Shown here one piece after another: positions 17,753 to 25,940 of a DNA stretch of 64,000 bases. Under the pieces are notes generated by a model that did not search any database, was not told the origin of the DNA, and worked only from the letters and a program-made list of their open reading frames with translations. The position numbers and the translations under genes were made by a program. This DNA is from Dehalococcoidia bacterium (GTDB lineage: Bacteria; Chloroflexota; Dehalococcoidia; E44-bin15), in contig JBAZMV010000007.1 in NCBI GenBank assembly GCA_041649635.1, forward strand, positions 10,900 through 74,899, read 5' to 3'. Position 1 is the first letter of the stretch. Each line of letters opens with the position of its first letter.

Positions 17753-19132
17753 ATGGATAACCCGCTAATAAAAAATAAGAACCTTGGAATCGCCTTTCTC
17801 CTGGTAACGCTGGCCTACATTGATGCCGCCATCGCCGCCTTCCTCATCGGATGGGCTACAGGCGACAGGCATCCCATCCTCATCGCCTTCACCGCCGATA
17901 TCGCGGCTACACTAACTATCTATGCATTGGCCCGGCTCTTCCGCAACGCCAGCTTCTACGACCCGTACTGGAGCGTCGCGCCGGTAGCTATAGCGGTGTT
18001 CTGGGTAACAACCTCTGCCGCGACGGTATCCTCCTGCCGCCCATGGATAGTAATCGCACTTGTAGTTTTATGGAGCCTGCGCCTCACCTGGAACTGGGCG
18101 CGCGGCTGGCGCGGCCTGCAGCACGAGGACTGGCGCTACGCCGACATGCGGGCTAAATACAGCCCGAAAAAACGCTTCTGGATGGTCGAGTTGGTAGGCA
18201 TTGAGCTAGTGCCAACGCTGGTAGTTTTTCTCGGATGCCTTTCCCTATATCCCGTACTCGCCGATGCGACGAGAACGCTATGGTGGCCGGACTACATCGC
18301 AGCTATAGTCACCGCTGCCGCTATACTAATTGAGACCATGGCCGACGAGCAGATGCTGCGATTTGTTAAAACCAGGAAGCCCGGCCAGATTATGGATAAA
18401 GGGCTGTGGAGATACTCCCGCCATCCCAACTACTTCGGCGAGATATCATTCTGGTGGGGGCTCTACTTCTTCGGTCTGGCCGCCAACCCATCCTACTGGT
18501 GGACCATAGCGGGGCCGGTCGCGATAACTATGCTGTTCCTGTTCATCAGCATACCCATGATGGACAAGCGCAGCCTTGAGCGAAGGCCGGAGTACGCGGA
18601 GCATATGAAGAAGACATCAGCGCTGGTGCCACGACAAATTAGACAGCCAGACAAAAAACAAAATGACATAGGCCCATTTGAACCACTTGAAACTGGTATG
18701 AGTTTTTTCCTTTTCTCAATAACGATAATTAGTATAGGTGATCAAGCTTCTTGGTGGATTCGACCAATGGAGGGACTAACCCTAGGATTATCGCTTTGCT
18801 TACTAGTTACGGTAGGACTGAACTACATAGACAAAGGACTACACTGTATAGGCAGGTTCTTTCCTAATAAATTAAATCCTCAAAGCTTCATTATAAAGTT
18901 CCGAGAAATGGTAGGAAAATGGAATGACTATATACACCATTTGACTTCTCCCTCTTTGAAAATCATCTACGGAGCCCTTTTTATTGCATCTTGGTTTTTA
19001 ATATTGACTGACATCAACTCAACCGGAAGAGCTATTATCGTATACATTGGGTTTGCTTGGTTTTTAATATATTCCATAAATTCATGGCTAGAGTTATTTG
19101 GTGTTAGAATTAAGAATACCAATAACGATTGA
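17753..19132 (+). CDS. DUF1295 (steroid 5-alpha-reductase/ICMT-like) membrane protein with an AT-rich C-terminal extension of about 165 aa
   Basis: The multi-TM N-terminal region of about 300 aa carries the RHPNYFGEISFWWG motif. From about 18630 the composition drops sharply in GC, and the ORF continues through four or more additional predicted TM segments. Confidence 0.65.
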   Translation: MDNPLIKNKNLGIAFLLVTLAYIDAAIAAFLIGWATGDRHPILIAFTADIAATLTIYALARLFRNASFYDPYWSVAPVAIAVFWVTTSAATVSSCRPWIVIALVVLWSLRLTWNWARGWRGLQHEDWRYADMRAKYSPKKRFWMVELVGIELVPTLVVFLGCLSLYPVLADATRTLWWPDYIAAIVTAAAILIETMADEQMLRFVKTRKPGQIMDKGLWRYSRHPNYFGEISFWWGLYFFGLAANPSYWWTIAGPVAITMLFLFISIPMMDKRSLERRPEYAEHMKKTSALVPRQIRQPDKKQNDIGPFEPLETGMSFFLFSITIISIGDQASWWIRPMEGLTLGLSLCLLVTVGLNYIDKGLHCIGRFFPNKLNPQSFIIKFREMVGKWNDYIHHLTSPSLKIIYGALFIASWFLILTDINSTGRAIIVYIGFAWFLIYSINSWLELFGVRIKNTNND

Positions 19133-19145
19133 ATACAAAGTTAGA

Positions 19146-19928
19146 TTACCCTAGCTCCCCCCTCACCAGCTCGTAGAACCTCCCCATGGCCTCTCGCTCG
19201 ATCCACGGCAGGTGACCGCAATGCTCAAGCATGATGAAGCGGAAATCCCTGAGCACCTTTGAGAGGGGCTCGCGCACGCCCTGGGCGGGGTGGGGATCAT
19301 GGTCGCCGTGGATGGCGATGACGGGGCATTTGATCCTCTTTCCCATCTTCAGAAGCTCGCCGCTCCTCCGGAGGTTCAAGGCATCGCGCCACACGCCTTC
19401 GTGAATATCGAACCGCACCTCCAGAATCTCAGTATCGAGCGTTATCGGGTCATACGCATCGCCTCTGGTAAACAACTCGCCTAGACGTTTCAGCAATCTG
19501 TCCTTGTCACCAACAGTGTCATCGTTTAACTCTTTCACCAGCGAATACACCTCACGCTTGGCTTCCGCATCCAGACGGCTCAGTCGTGTCTTCTGTATGC
19601 CGGCGGCATAGCGGTCATCGAACACAGCGCTGCCCACCATGATTAGCTTTTTCACCAGCGCCGGATACCGAGCGGTGAAGATATAGCTGAGCATAGCGCC
19701 CCATGACGAGCCGATGAGAACGATGGGAGGATTTCCATGCGTTTCGATTATGTCATGCAGCTCCGCGACCTGCCCGTTGAGCGTAGCCGCGGTCTGGAGC
19801 GGCTCGAGCACGCCGCGGTCGCGCGAGAGCTCGCGGGCCACCGGCGCCATCTGCCCGGGCGCGCCGGGGCCGCCGTGGATGACGGCTATACCGTAAGGGG
19901 CTGCGCCGTAGGTCCGCAGATTCTTCAT
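19146..19928 (-). CDS. alpha/beta hydrolase (proline-iminopeptidase-like)
   Basis: It has HGGPGAPG, the nucleophile elbow GSSWG, and a C-terminal GDHD..H.CGH. Start chosen at MKNLRTYG (GGAG upstream). Confidence 0.75.
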   Translation of the reverse strand: MKNLRTYGAAPYGIAVIHGGPGAPGQMAPVARELSRDRGVLEPLQTAATLNGQVAELHDIIETHGNPPIVLIGSSWGAMLSYIFTARYPALVKKLIMVGSAVFDDRYAAGIQKTRLSRLDAEAKREVYSLVKELNDDTVGDKDRLLKRLGELFTRGDAYDPITLDTEILEVRFDIHEGVWRDALNLRRSGELLKMGKRIKCPVIAIHGDHDPHPAQGVREPLSKVLRDFRFIMLEHCGHLPWIEREAMGRFYELVRGELG

Positions 19929-19979
19929 ACAGTCTCCGGTTCGATACCACAAACCCGATTAAGAAACGAACGAGGCCGT

Positions 19980-20612
19980 TCAGCGGCCTCCGTGATATGC
20001 GGAGATAAGGGCCTTGATACTCCTGCCGATGGAATCAAAATCACCCGCCTTGAGCCATTCCTCGCGGAACACGCTGCCGCCGAAGGCCACAGCCGAGACG
20101 CCGCAATCGAAGTAAGAGCGGATGTTTTCCGGCGTGACGCCGCCGCACGCCATTAATTCGATGCTGTTGAATGGCCCCTTGATCTCTCTTATATACTCGG
20201 GACCGAGCAGATTCGACGGGAAGACCTTGACCATGGTAGCCCCGGCAACCCACGCGTTGTATATCTCCTGCGGAGTTAGCGCGCCGGGGAACACCGGTAT
20301 CTCATTATCGCGGCAGTATTCTACGACATCGTATATAAGCATGGGTGAAACGATGAATCCGGCGCCTGCATCGAGGGCTAGTTTCATATGCTCGGAAGTG
20401 ACGACTGTTCCCGCGCCTATCATCAATCGACCATGGGCACACTTAACGGCACACCTTATCAGATCGGGGGCGCCCGGTGTGTTCATGGTGACCTCGATGG
20501 TCTGTAAACCTGACGATACAGCCGTTTCCACAATCGAATCAATGGAGTCAGGCTGCACGCCGCGCAATATCCCCATCAAGGGCAGAGCGCGGAATCTGTC
20601 GAGGTCCATCAT
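19980..20612 (-). CDS. eda: KDPG/KHG aldolase (Eda family)
   Basis: 210 aa. It has GILRG, IEVT.NTP, GAGTV, and the PG..TP.E and VK.FP motifs of class I Eda aldolases. Confidence 0.8.
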   Translation of the reverse strand: MMDLDRFRALPLMGILRGVQPDSIDSIVETAVSSGLQTIEVTMNTPGAPDLIRCAVKCAHGRLMIGAGTVVTSEHMKLALDAGAGFIVSPMLIYDVVEYCRDNEIPVFPGALTPQEIYNAWVAGATMVKVFPSNLLGPEYIREIKGPFNSIELMACGGVTPENIRSYFDCGVSAVAFGGSVFREEWLKAGDFDSIGRSIKALISAYHGGR

Positions 20613-20622
20613 TTCTTACCGC

Positions 20623-21576
20623 CTATTCAACCTGCAGGCTGCTGGTCAAGCTGTCGTAGAACTGACGATAGTTTTCTTTCTCATCGCTGTTTCGTAGCGC
20701 GATAGCCGCCCGGGGATGCTCGTTAAGCATGCCTGCTATGGCATGAGGAATGATATACCCCCACTCGATCTTTTGCCTTAATGGGATGAACTGCGTAGAG
20801 ATAAGATCCAGCACAGGACGTATATCGAATTTAGGATTGTTTAGAAACCCCAGAAGTAGTTCCAGCGGGCAGTTGCCCGCAGCCCTGCCGATACCGTACA
20901 CCGTGGCGTCCAGGAAATTGGCATCGTGGATTATCGCTTCGATGGTGTTGCCGAAGGCAAGCTGCTGGTTATTGTGGCCGTGAAACCCGACCTCCTTGTT
21001 TTTCAGATACTTCTTACATCGCTTGACCAGCTCCTCCACTGTTTCCTGATACAGCGAGCCGAAGCTGTCAACGATATAGACCACCTGAACCTTGCTCTCC
21101 TCCTCAACCTGTTGCAACGCCTCGTCCAGCTCCGGGCCGCGATCCCTTGAAATCGCCATAATATTCATAGTGGTCTCATAGCCTTTATCGGCGAAATGAT
21201 TAACCAGATATATCGCCTTGTCGATATCCTTCACGTACGTAGCTACCCTGATCATGTCCACCGGCGACTCGGCAGCCGGCGTCACCTCATCCGGATTCAC
21301 CCGGCCGACATCCACCATCGTCGCGATCTTGGTCTTGGATTCTATCCCATCGACGGCGCGCTTGATAACATCATCATCGCAGAACTTCCACAGTCCGAAT
21401 TTCTCTGTCGAGAAAAGCTCCTTGGAATTCTTATACCCTATCTCCATGTAATCGACCCCCGCATCGGAGACCGCCTTGTAAACCCCGCGCACGAACTCTA
21501 CATCAAAGTCATGATCATTTATAAGCCCGCCGTCACGTATCGTGCAATCAAGCACCTTTATTTTTTCTCTGTACAT
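20623..21576 (-). CDS. DRE-TIM metallolyase (HMGL-like / 4-hydroxy-2-oxoacid aldolase family)
   Basis: 317 aa. It has DCTIRDGG, D.MEIGY, HGHNN and G.GRAAGN. No DmpG communication domain is evident. Confidence 0.7.
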   Translation of the reverse strand: MYREKIKVLDCTIRDGGLINDHDFDVEFVRGVYKAVSDAGVDYMEIGYKNSKELFSTEKFGLWKFCDDDVIKRAVDGIESKTKIATMVDVGRVNPDEVTPAAESPVDMIRVATYVKDIDKAIYLVNHFADKGYETTMNIMAISRDRGPELDEALQQVEEESKVQVVYIVDSFGSLYQETVEELVKRCKKYLKNKEVGFHGHNNQQLAFGNTIEAIIHDANFLDATVYGIGRAAGNCPLELLLGFLNNPKFDIRPVLDLISTQFIPLRQKIEWGYIIPHAIAGMLNEHPRAAIALRNSDEKENYRQFYDSLTSSLQVE

Positions 21577-21785
21577 TCCCCTGCTTCCTTCCGTCTCTCC
21601 TTAACCCATTTAACGTAGAAAAATACTGCTACAACCGCATATAAAATTAATACGATAAAGTACCATATAATCACAGAGCGGTCATCGGACATCCTGCCGA
21701 TGTACCTCAAGGCAACGAGGCCCTGAAGCAGCCCAGCGACAGCAAAAACCGCCATAGCTCTTAATAGTCCGGTCGAGATTTTCAT
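21558..21785 (-). CDS. small two-TM membrane protein, hypothetical
   Basis: 75 aa with two hydrophobic segments. It overlaps the start of the downstream aldolase gene by 19 nt, so they are probably co-transcribed. Confidence 0.4.
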   Translation of the reverse strand: MKISTGLLRAMAVFAVAGLLQGLVALRYIGRMSDDRSVIIWYFIVLILYAVVAVFFYVKWVKERRKEAGECTEKK

Positions 21786-22022
21786 AACTTATCCTTCAAG
21801 AATCGAAACAGCCATATTCCTCCCCTAAATAATAGCACAAGTATGCTGTATGTTGAATACGAACATCACAATGAAAACGGCTGCTGGAGTCGACAAAACA
21901 CCTGCCTCGATAAAAACAGCCGCGCCCTCCATATGACAAATATATACTGCGATAATGGCCCTGGGTATCGCGATAGAATAATAAAGTCAGCATAGGCAAA
22001 ATCCCCCTTGCGCCTTTCCGTA

Positions 22023-22051
22023 TTGCTAGTGTCCTCGGCCTGCTGTATCAT
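22023..22051 (+). promoter_or_regulatory. sigma70-like promoter for purL
   Basis: TTGCTA, then a 17-nt spacer, then TATCAT. It lies about 65 nt upstream of the purL GTG. Confidence 0.4.
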
Positions 22052-22116
22052 CTTATGATATAGAGTAACCGCGAAACGAGGATGATCGGGAAAGAAGCTA
22101 AGATAAGGAGAAAAGA

Positions 22117-24318
22117 GTGGCAGAGAAAAAAATGAACTTGAAACTGGCAAAAGAACTGGGCCTTAGTGCTGATGAGTATAAGCAGATTCAGACGCTATTG
22201 GGTCGGAATCCCAACTATACGGAACTCGGCATGTTCTCTGCGATGTGGTCCGAGCATTGTTCATATAAGAATTCAATCAAGGTACTGAAGAAGCTCCCCA
22301 CCACCGGCAAGGGCGTATTTCTCACCGCAGGTGAAAACTCGGGCGGAGTATCTATCGACGACGATTATGCCGTGGTGTTCAAGGTTGAGTCTCATAATCA
22401 TCCCTCAGCGGTTGAACCTTATGAAGCCAGCGCCACGGGCGGAGGCGGATGCATACGGGATATCTTTACCGTCGGCGCCCGCCCACTGTTTCTTTTAAGT
22501 TCTCTGCGATTCGGCATGCTGAGCGATAAGCGAACTAAGTATCTGTTTAAGGAGATAGCCCGCGGTTTTACCGATTATGCCAACGCGGTCGACCTGCCCG
22601 CCATAGCAGGCGAGGTATATTTCGATCCATCGTACCAGGGAAATCCTCTGGTAAATGCTATGGTTGTCGGCCTGCTGAAGAAGGAAAACATCGTAAAAGC
22701 ACGAGCGTCAGGCATTGGCAATCTGGTTATCATCGCCGGCGGCCGTACCGGGCGGGACGGCGTCGAAGGAGCCAGCTTTGCATCATCGGGTCTGGATGAG
22801 AGCGCAAAAGAGAGGAAGGGCGCCGTAGCAATCGGTGACCCCAAGATAGGCAAGAAGATACGTGAGGCATGCCTTGAGATCGCCGAAAAGAAACTTGTCG
22901 TCGGCATGCAGGACATGGGTGCGGCAGGCATCGTATGTTCAACGGCTGAGACCGCTTATAAGGCAGGTACCGGCATTGAGATAGACATAGCGCTTGTCCC
23001 CCGCAAAGAAAAGGGAATGAATCCGTACGAGATCATGCTTTCCGAATCCCAGGAAAGAATGCTGCTCATCGTAGCGCCAAAGAAACTAAATGCTGTCAAG
23101 GCTGTTTTTAAAAAGTGGAACGTTGAGTTCAGTGTGATAGGCAAAGTGATAAAAGGCGGTGTCCTGAGAGTAAAAGAGGATGGCAAGGTTGTAGCTGAGG
23201 TGCCGGCCGAAGCCCTGGCCAACGGGCCCAGATACGACAGGGAATCAAGCGAACCCAGGTACTTGAAACAAATCAGAACGCTGTCTCTATCTAAAATAAA
23301 GGAACCTAAGGACTACAATAAGACCCTCCTGACGCTGCTCTCTTCACCAACCCTAGCTTCCAAAAAATACATCGCAGAGAAGGTGGATCCAAAACTGACT
23401 TCGTCACTATGTGTAAAAGGCGGCAATGATGCCGGCGTCTACTACTGTAAGCAAATGAACAAGGCTATCGCGGCCACCATCGACTGCAATGGGCTATATT
23501 GTTACCTCGATCCCTTTATGGGTGCCCAGATCGCCGTCGCGGAAGCGTCTCGCAATCTCGTCTGCTGTGGAGCGCGGCCGCTGGCGGTGACGGATGGTTT
23601 GAATTTCGGCGACCCCTTTAATCCCGAGATTTACTGGCAATTTGTAAAGTCAGTAGAAGGCATCACCAAAGCCTGCAAGTATTTTGGACTGCCCGTCATT
23701 AGCGGCAATGTGAGCTTCAATAATGAAAATCCAAAAGGTGCCGTATATCCTACACCCGTCATCGGCATGGTAGGAATCGTCGACAATGTTAAGAACGTCA
23801 CCAGCAGCGATTTCAAGAAAGAGGGAGACGTAATTCTACTTATCGGTCGGAACAAGGAGGAAATCGGCGGGTCGCAATACCTCAGCATTATACATGATCT
23901 CCGGAAAGGCACGCCTCCGACCTTGGATTTGAACAGAGAAAAGAGTGCGCAGGATGCTGTGCTGGAAATAATCGGACAGCGTCTGGCATCCAGCGCACAT
24001 GATTGCTCCGACGGAGGACTGGCCGTTGCTTTGGCAGAATGCTGTATCCTTGGCGGAAACGGTGCCGTAATCACAATAAAGGACAAGATGCGAACCGACG
24101 CTCTTCTTTTCGGTGAATCGCAGTCCAGAATCGTTATCAGTACCGCCCGTAAGAATCAGGAGAAGATCAAAACTATATGCAAGAAGTTCCATGCACCATG
24201 CATTGCTATCGGAGAGGTCAAGGGAGACTCACTAGTTATCAACAACTCGATCAAGGTTAAAGTCGCAAGGCTTCAGGAGGCCCATGGCAAAGCAATACCT
24301 AAAGCAATCCAATCGTAG
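22117..24318 (+). CDS. purL: phosphoribosylformylglycinamidine synthase subunit PurL (FGAM synthase II)
   Basis: 733 aa. It has MWSEHCSYKNS, VESHNHPS and DMGAAG, with a duplicated AIR-synthase-like fold. GTG start with AAGGAG 8 nt upstream. Confidence 0.93.
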   Translation: MAEKKMNLKLAKELGLSADEYKQIQTLLGRNPNYTELGMFSAMWSEHCSYKNSIKVLKKLPTTGKGVFLTAGENSGGVSIDDDYAVVFKVESHNHPSAVEPYEASATGGGGCIRDIFTVGARPLFLLSSLRFGMLSDKRTKYLFKEIARGFTDYANAVDLPAIAGEVYFDPSYQGNPLVNAMVVGLLKKENIVKARASGIGNLVIIAGGRTGRDGVEGASFASSGLDESAKERKGAVAIGDPKIGKKIREACLEIAEKKLVVGMQDMGAAGIVCSTAETAYKAGTGIEIDIALVPRKEKGMNPYEIMLSESQERMLLIVAPKKLNAVKAVFKKWNVEFSVIGKVIKGGVLRVKEDGKVVAEVPAEALANGPRYDRESSEPRYLKQIRTLSLSKIKEPKDYNKTLLTLLSSPTLASKKYIAEKVDPKLTSSLCVKGGNDAGVYYCKQMNKAIAATIDCNGLYCYLDPFMGAQIAVAEASRNLVCCGARPLAVTDGLNFGDPFNPEIYWQFVKSVEGITKACKYFGLPVISGNVSFNNENPKGAVYPTPVIGMVGIVDNVKNVTSSDFKKEGDVILLIGRNKEEIGGSQYLSIIHDLRKGTPPTLDLNREKSAQDAVLEIIGQRLASSAHDCSDGGLAVALAECCILGGNGAVITIKDKMRTDALLFGESQSRIVISTARKNQEKIKTICKKFHAPCIAIGEVKGDSLVINNSIKVKVARLQEAHGKAIPKAIQS

Positions 24319-24400
24319 AATATAATGATTTATCGGGTTTTTATAGTGCCTCTGAAGAGTACTTCAAATACGGAAAAACCGAAAGTAGCGTGTAAACCTA

Positions 24401-24429
24401 TTGACAGTTTCATTTGTACGTGCTAGTCT
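24401..24429 (+). promoter_or_regulatory. sigma70-like promoter for the small zinc-ribbon gene
   Basis: TTGACA, then a 17-nt spacer ending in TGC (extended -10 like), then TAGTCT. Confidence 0.4.
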
Positions 24430-24456
24430 CTTGGCAAATTCCAATAGGAGGTAGAG

Positions 24457-24594
24457 ATGCAGGCTTATTGTATGAAGTGCCGGAAAAAGGTAGAGATCAA
24501 GAACCCCAGACAGATCAAGATGAAGAACGGTCGTCCTGCTACACAGGGGACATGCGGAAGCTGCGGCACAAAAGTATTCCGAATCGGCAAGTAA
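24457..24594 (+). CDS. 45-aa zinc-ribbon protein (DUF5679-like)
   Basis: Not in the track. AGGAGG lies 6 nt upstream. Translation: MQAYCMKCRKKVEIKNPRQIKMKNGRPATQGTCGSCGTKVFRIGK*, with a CxxC...CxxC motif. It matches my memory of DUF5679 proteins. The overlapping 75-aa track ORF (24414-24641) is in another frame. Confidence 0.6.
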   Translation: MQAYCMKCRKKVEIKNPRQIKMKNGRPATQGTCGSCGTKVFRIGK

Positions 24595-24683
24595 TTCCTA
24601 CTCCATCAAAAACAGCTTTATCAAACAACAAAGCGCCATAGCCCATGAGGTATGTGGCGTTTTGCTGTTTTTGTTAACAAAAA

Positions 24684-24714
24684 AGAGCGGCCTGCTTTCC
24701 AGCTAGGCCGCTCT
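24684..24714. terminator. bidirectional intrinsic terminator
   Basis: AGAGCGGCCT-(11 nt)-AGGCCGCTCT, flanked by an A-tract upstream and TTT downstream. It lies between two convergent units. Confidence 0.65.
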
Positions 24715-24732
24715 TTAACTTGCTTTAGTCGA

Positions 24733-25926
24733 TTACTCAGGTAATCCAACAATAGAGCAGGAAATGACGCACGCCATCGGCATGGAGCCAAGGTTGTGGG
24801 TCAAACCAAGCTTCGGGTTCTTGATCTGGCGTTTACCAGCCTTGCCAAGCAGCTGCAGATACATCTCGTACATCATACGCAGACCTGTGGCGCCAACCGG
24901 GTGACCGAAACACTTCAGTCCGCCATCGGGTTGAACCGGCAAGCCTCCATCCAGATCGAAGAAGCCACTCTCGATATCCTCTTTCATATGTCCGCGCTTG
25001 CTGAACTGGAGGTCCTCCATCACGATGGCCTCGGTAATGGAGAAACAGTCGTGCACTTCAGCCATGTCGATCTCCTCGCGGGCATTCTTAATCCCGGCCT
25101 CTTTGTAGACGTTTATCGCCGCGCGTGTGGTTTCCTCGGTATGAAGGAAGTCATACTCCGGCTTCACCACGCCCTCGGCGGGGCCGACGCACATCTGGAT
25201 ACCTTTGATGGTGATGTAATCTCTGTTCTTCTTGAACTTCTTGGCATCCTCAGCCCTGACCACGATAGCCGCAGCGCTTCCATCGCTGACGCCGCAACAG
25301 TCGAAAAGTCCTAACGGCCAGGCGATGATTGGCGCATTGATTGCCTGCTCAATGGTTATCTCCTTATGGAAATGCGCCTTCGGATTCATGTTGCCATTAT
25401 GGTGGCTCTTCATTGAGACATGGGCCAGCATCTTCCTGCCGTCATCGGGTTTGATGTTATAGTGATTGAAGTATCTCGTGGCCAGCATGGCGAAGATCGC
25501 CGGCGCGGTTGTAGTGATTCCGCCGACGCCGGCTGTGCCTGGAGGCGATACGGAGACCAGTCCGGCAAATCCCATGTCCTTTAATTTTTCGGCGCCTATC
25601 GCCAGTCCGACATCGATCACGCCGGAGGCAACGGCATACGCGCAGTTGCGCAGGGCATCGGTGCCTGTGCAGCACATATTCTCCACCCTGGTTATCGGTT
25701 TGTATTGCAGCCGGAGGCCGGCAAGGCCGAGACCCGACATGCCGGAGACTTCCTGCCAGTTACCGATCCAGGCCGCATCTATATCTTTGGGCTCGATGCC
25801 GGCATCCGCATACGCATCGTAAGCGGCATCCACCATAAGATCGGAGACGCTCTTGCCCCATAGCTCACCGAACTTGGTGCAGCCCATTCCAATTATGGCT
25901 ACTCTATCTTTAATACTCTGTGCCAT
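24733..25926 (-). CDS. SCP-x/archaeal-type thiolase-like protein (nucleophilic Cys present), paralogue of 8118-9329
   Basis: It has IIGMGCTKFGE, VENMCCTGTDA, EVHDCFS, and GGLKCFGHPVGATG. It follows the HMGCS-like::DUF35 gene, the same order as in the first copy. Confidence 0.8.
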   Translation of the reverse strand: MAQSIKDRVAIIGMGCTKFGELWGKSVSDLMVDAAYDAYADAGIEPKDIDAAWIGNWQEVSGMSGLGLAGLRLQYKPITRVENMCCTGTDALRNCAYAVASGVIDVGLAIGAEKLKDMGFAGLVSVSPPGTAGVGGITTTAPAIFAMLATRYFNHYNIKPDDGRKMLAHVSMKSHHNGNMNPKAHFHKEITIEQAINAPIIAWPLGLFDCCGVSDGSAAAIVVRAEDAKKFKKNRDYITIKGIQMCVGPAEGVVKPEYDFLHTEETTRAAINVYKEAGIKNAREEIDMAEVHDCFSITEAIVMEDLQFSKRGHMKEDIESGFFDLDGGLPVQPDGGLKCFGHPVGATGLRMMYEMYLQLLGKAGKRQIKNPKLGLTHNLGSMPMACVISCSIVGLPE

Positions 25927-25940
25927 TTCGTCCTCCTTTC

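Noticed and set aside
21786-22116. A possible purine/ZTP-type riboswitch, or small genes (ORFs 21796-21999 and 21866-22150), upstream of purL.
   Set aside because: I could not find the conserved cores of the purine, ZTP or PRPP riboswitches by eye. The minus-strand ORFs lack an RBS and look non-coding. A simple sigma70-like promoter explains the region.
24414-24641. The 75-aa track ORF overlapping the small zinc-ribbon gene.
   Set aside because: It is in a different frame from the 45-aa CxxC...CxxC ORF, which has the AGGAGG RBS and a family-like sequence. The 75-aa translation is low complexity.
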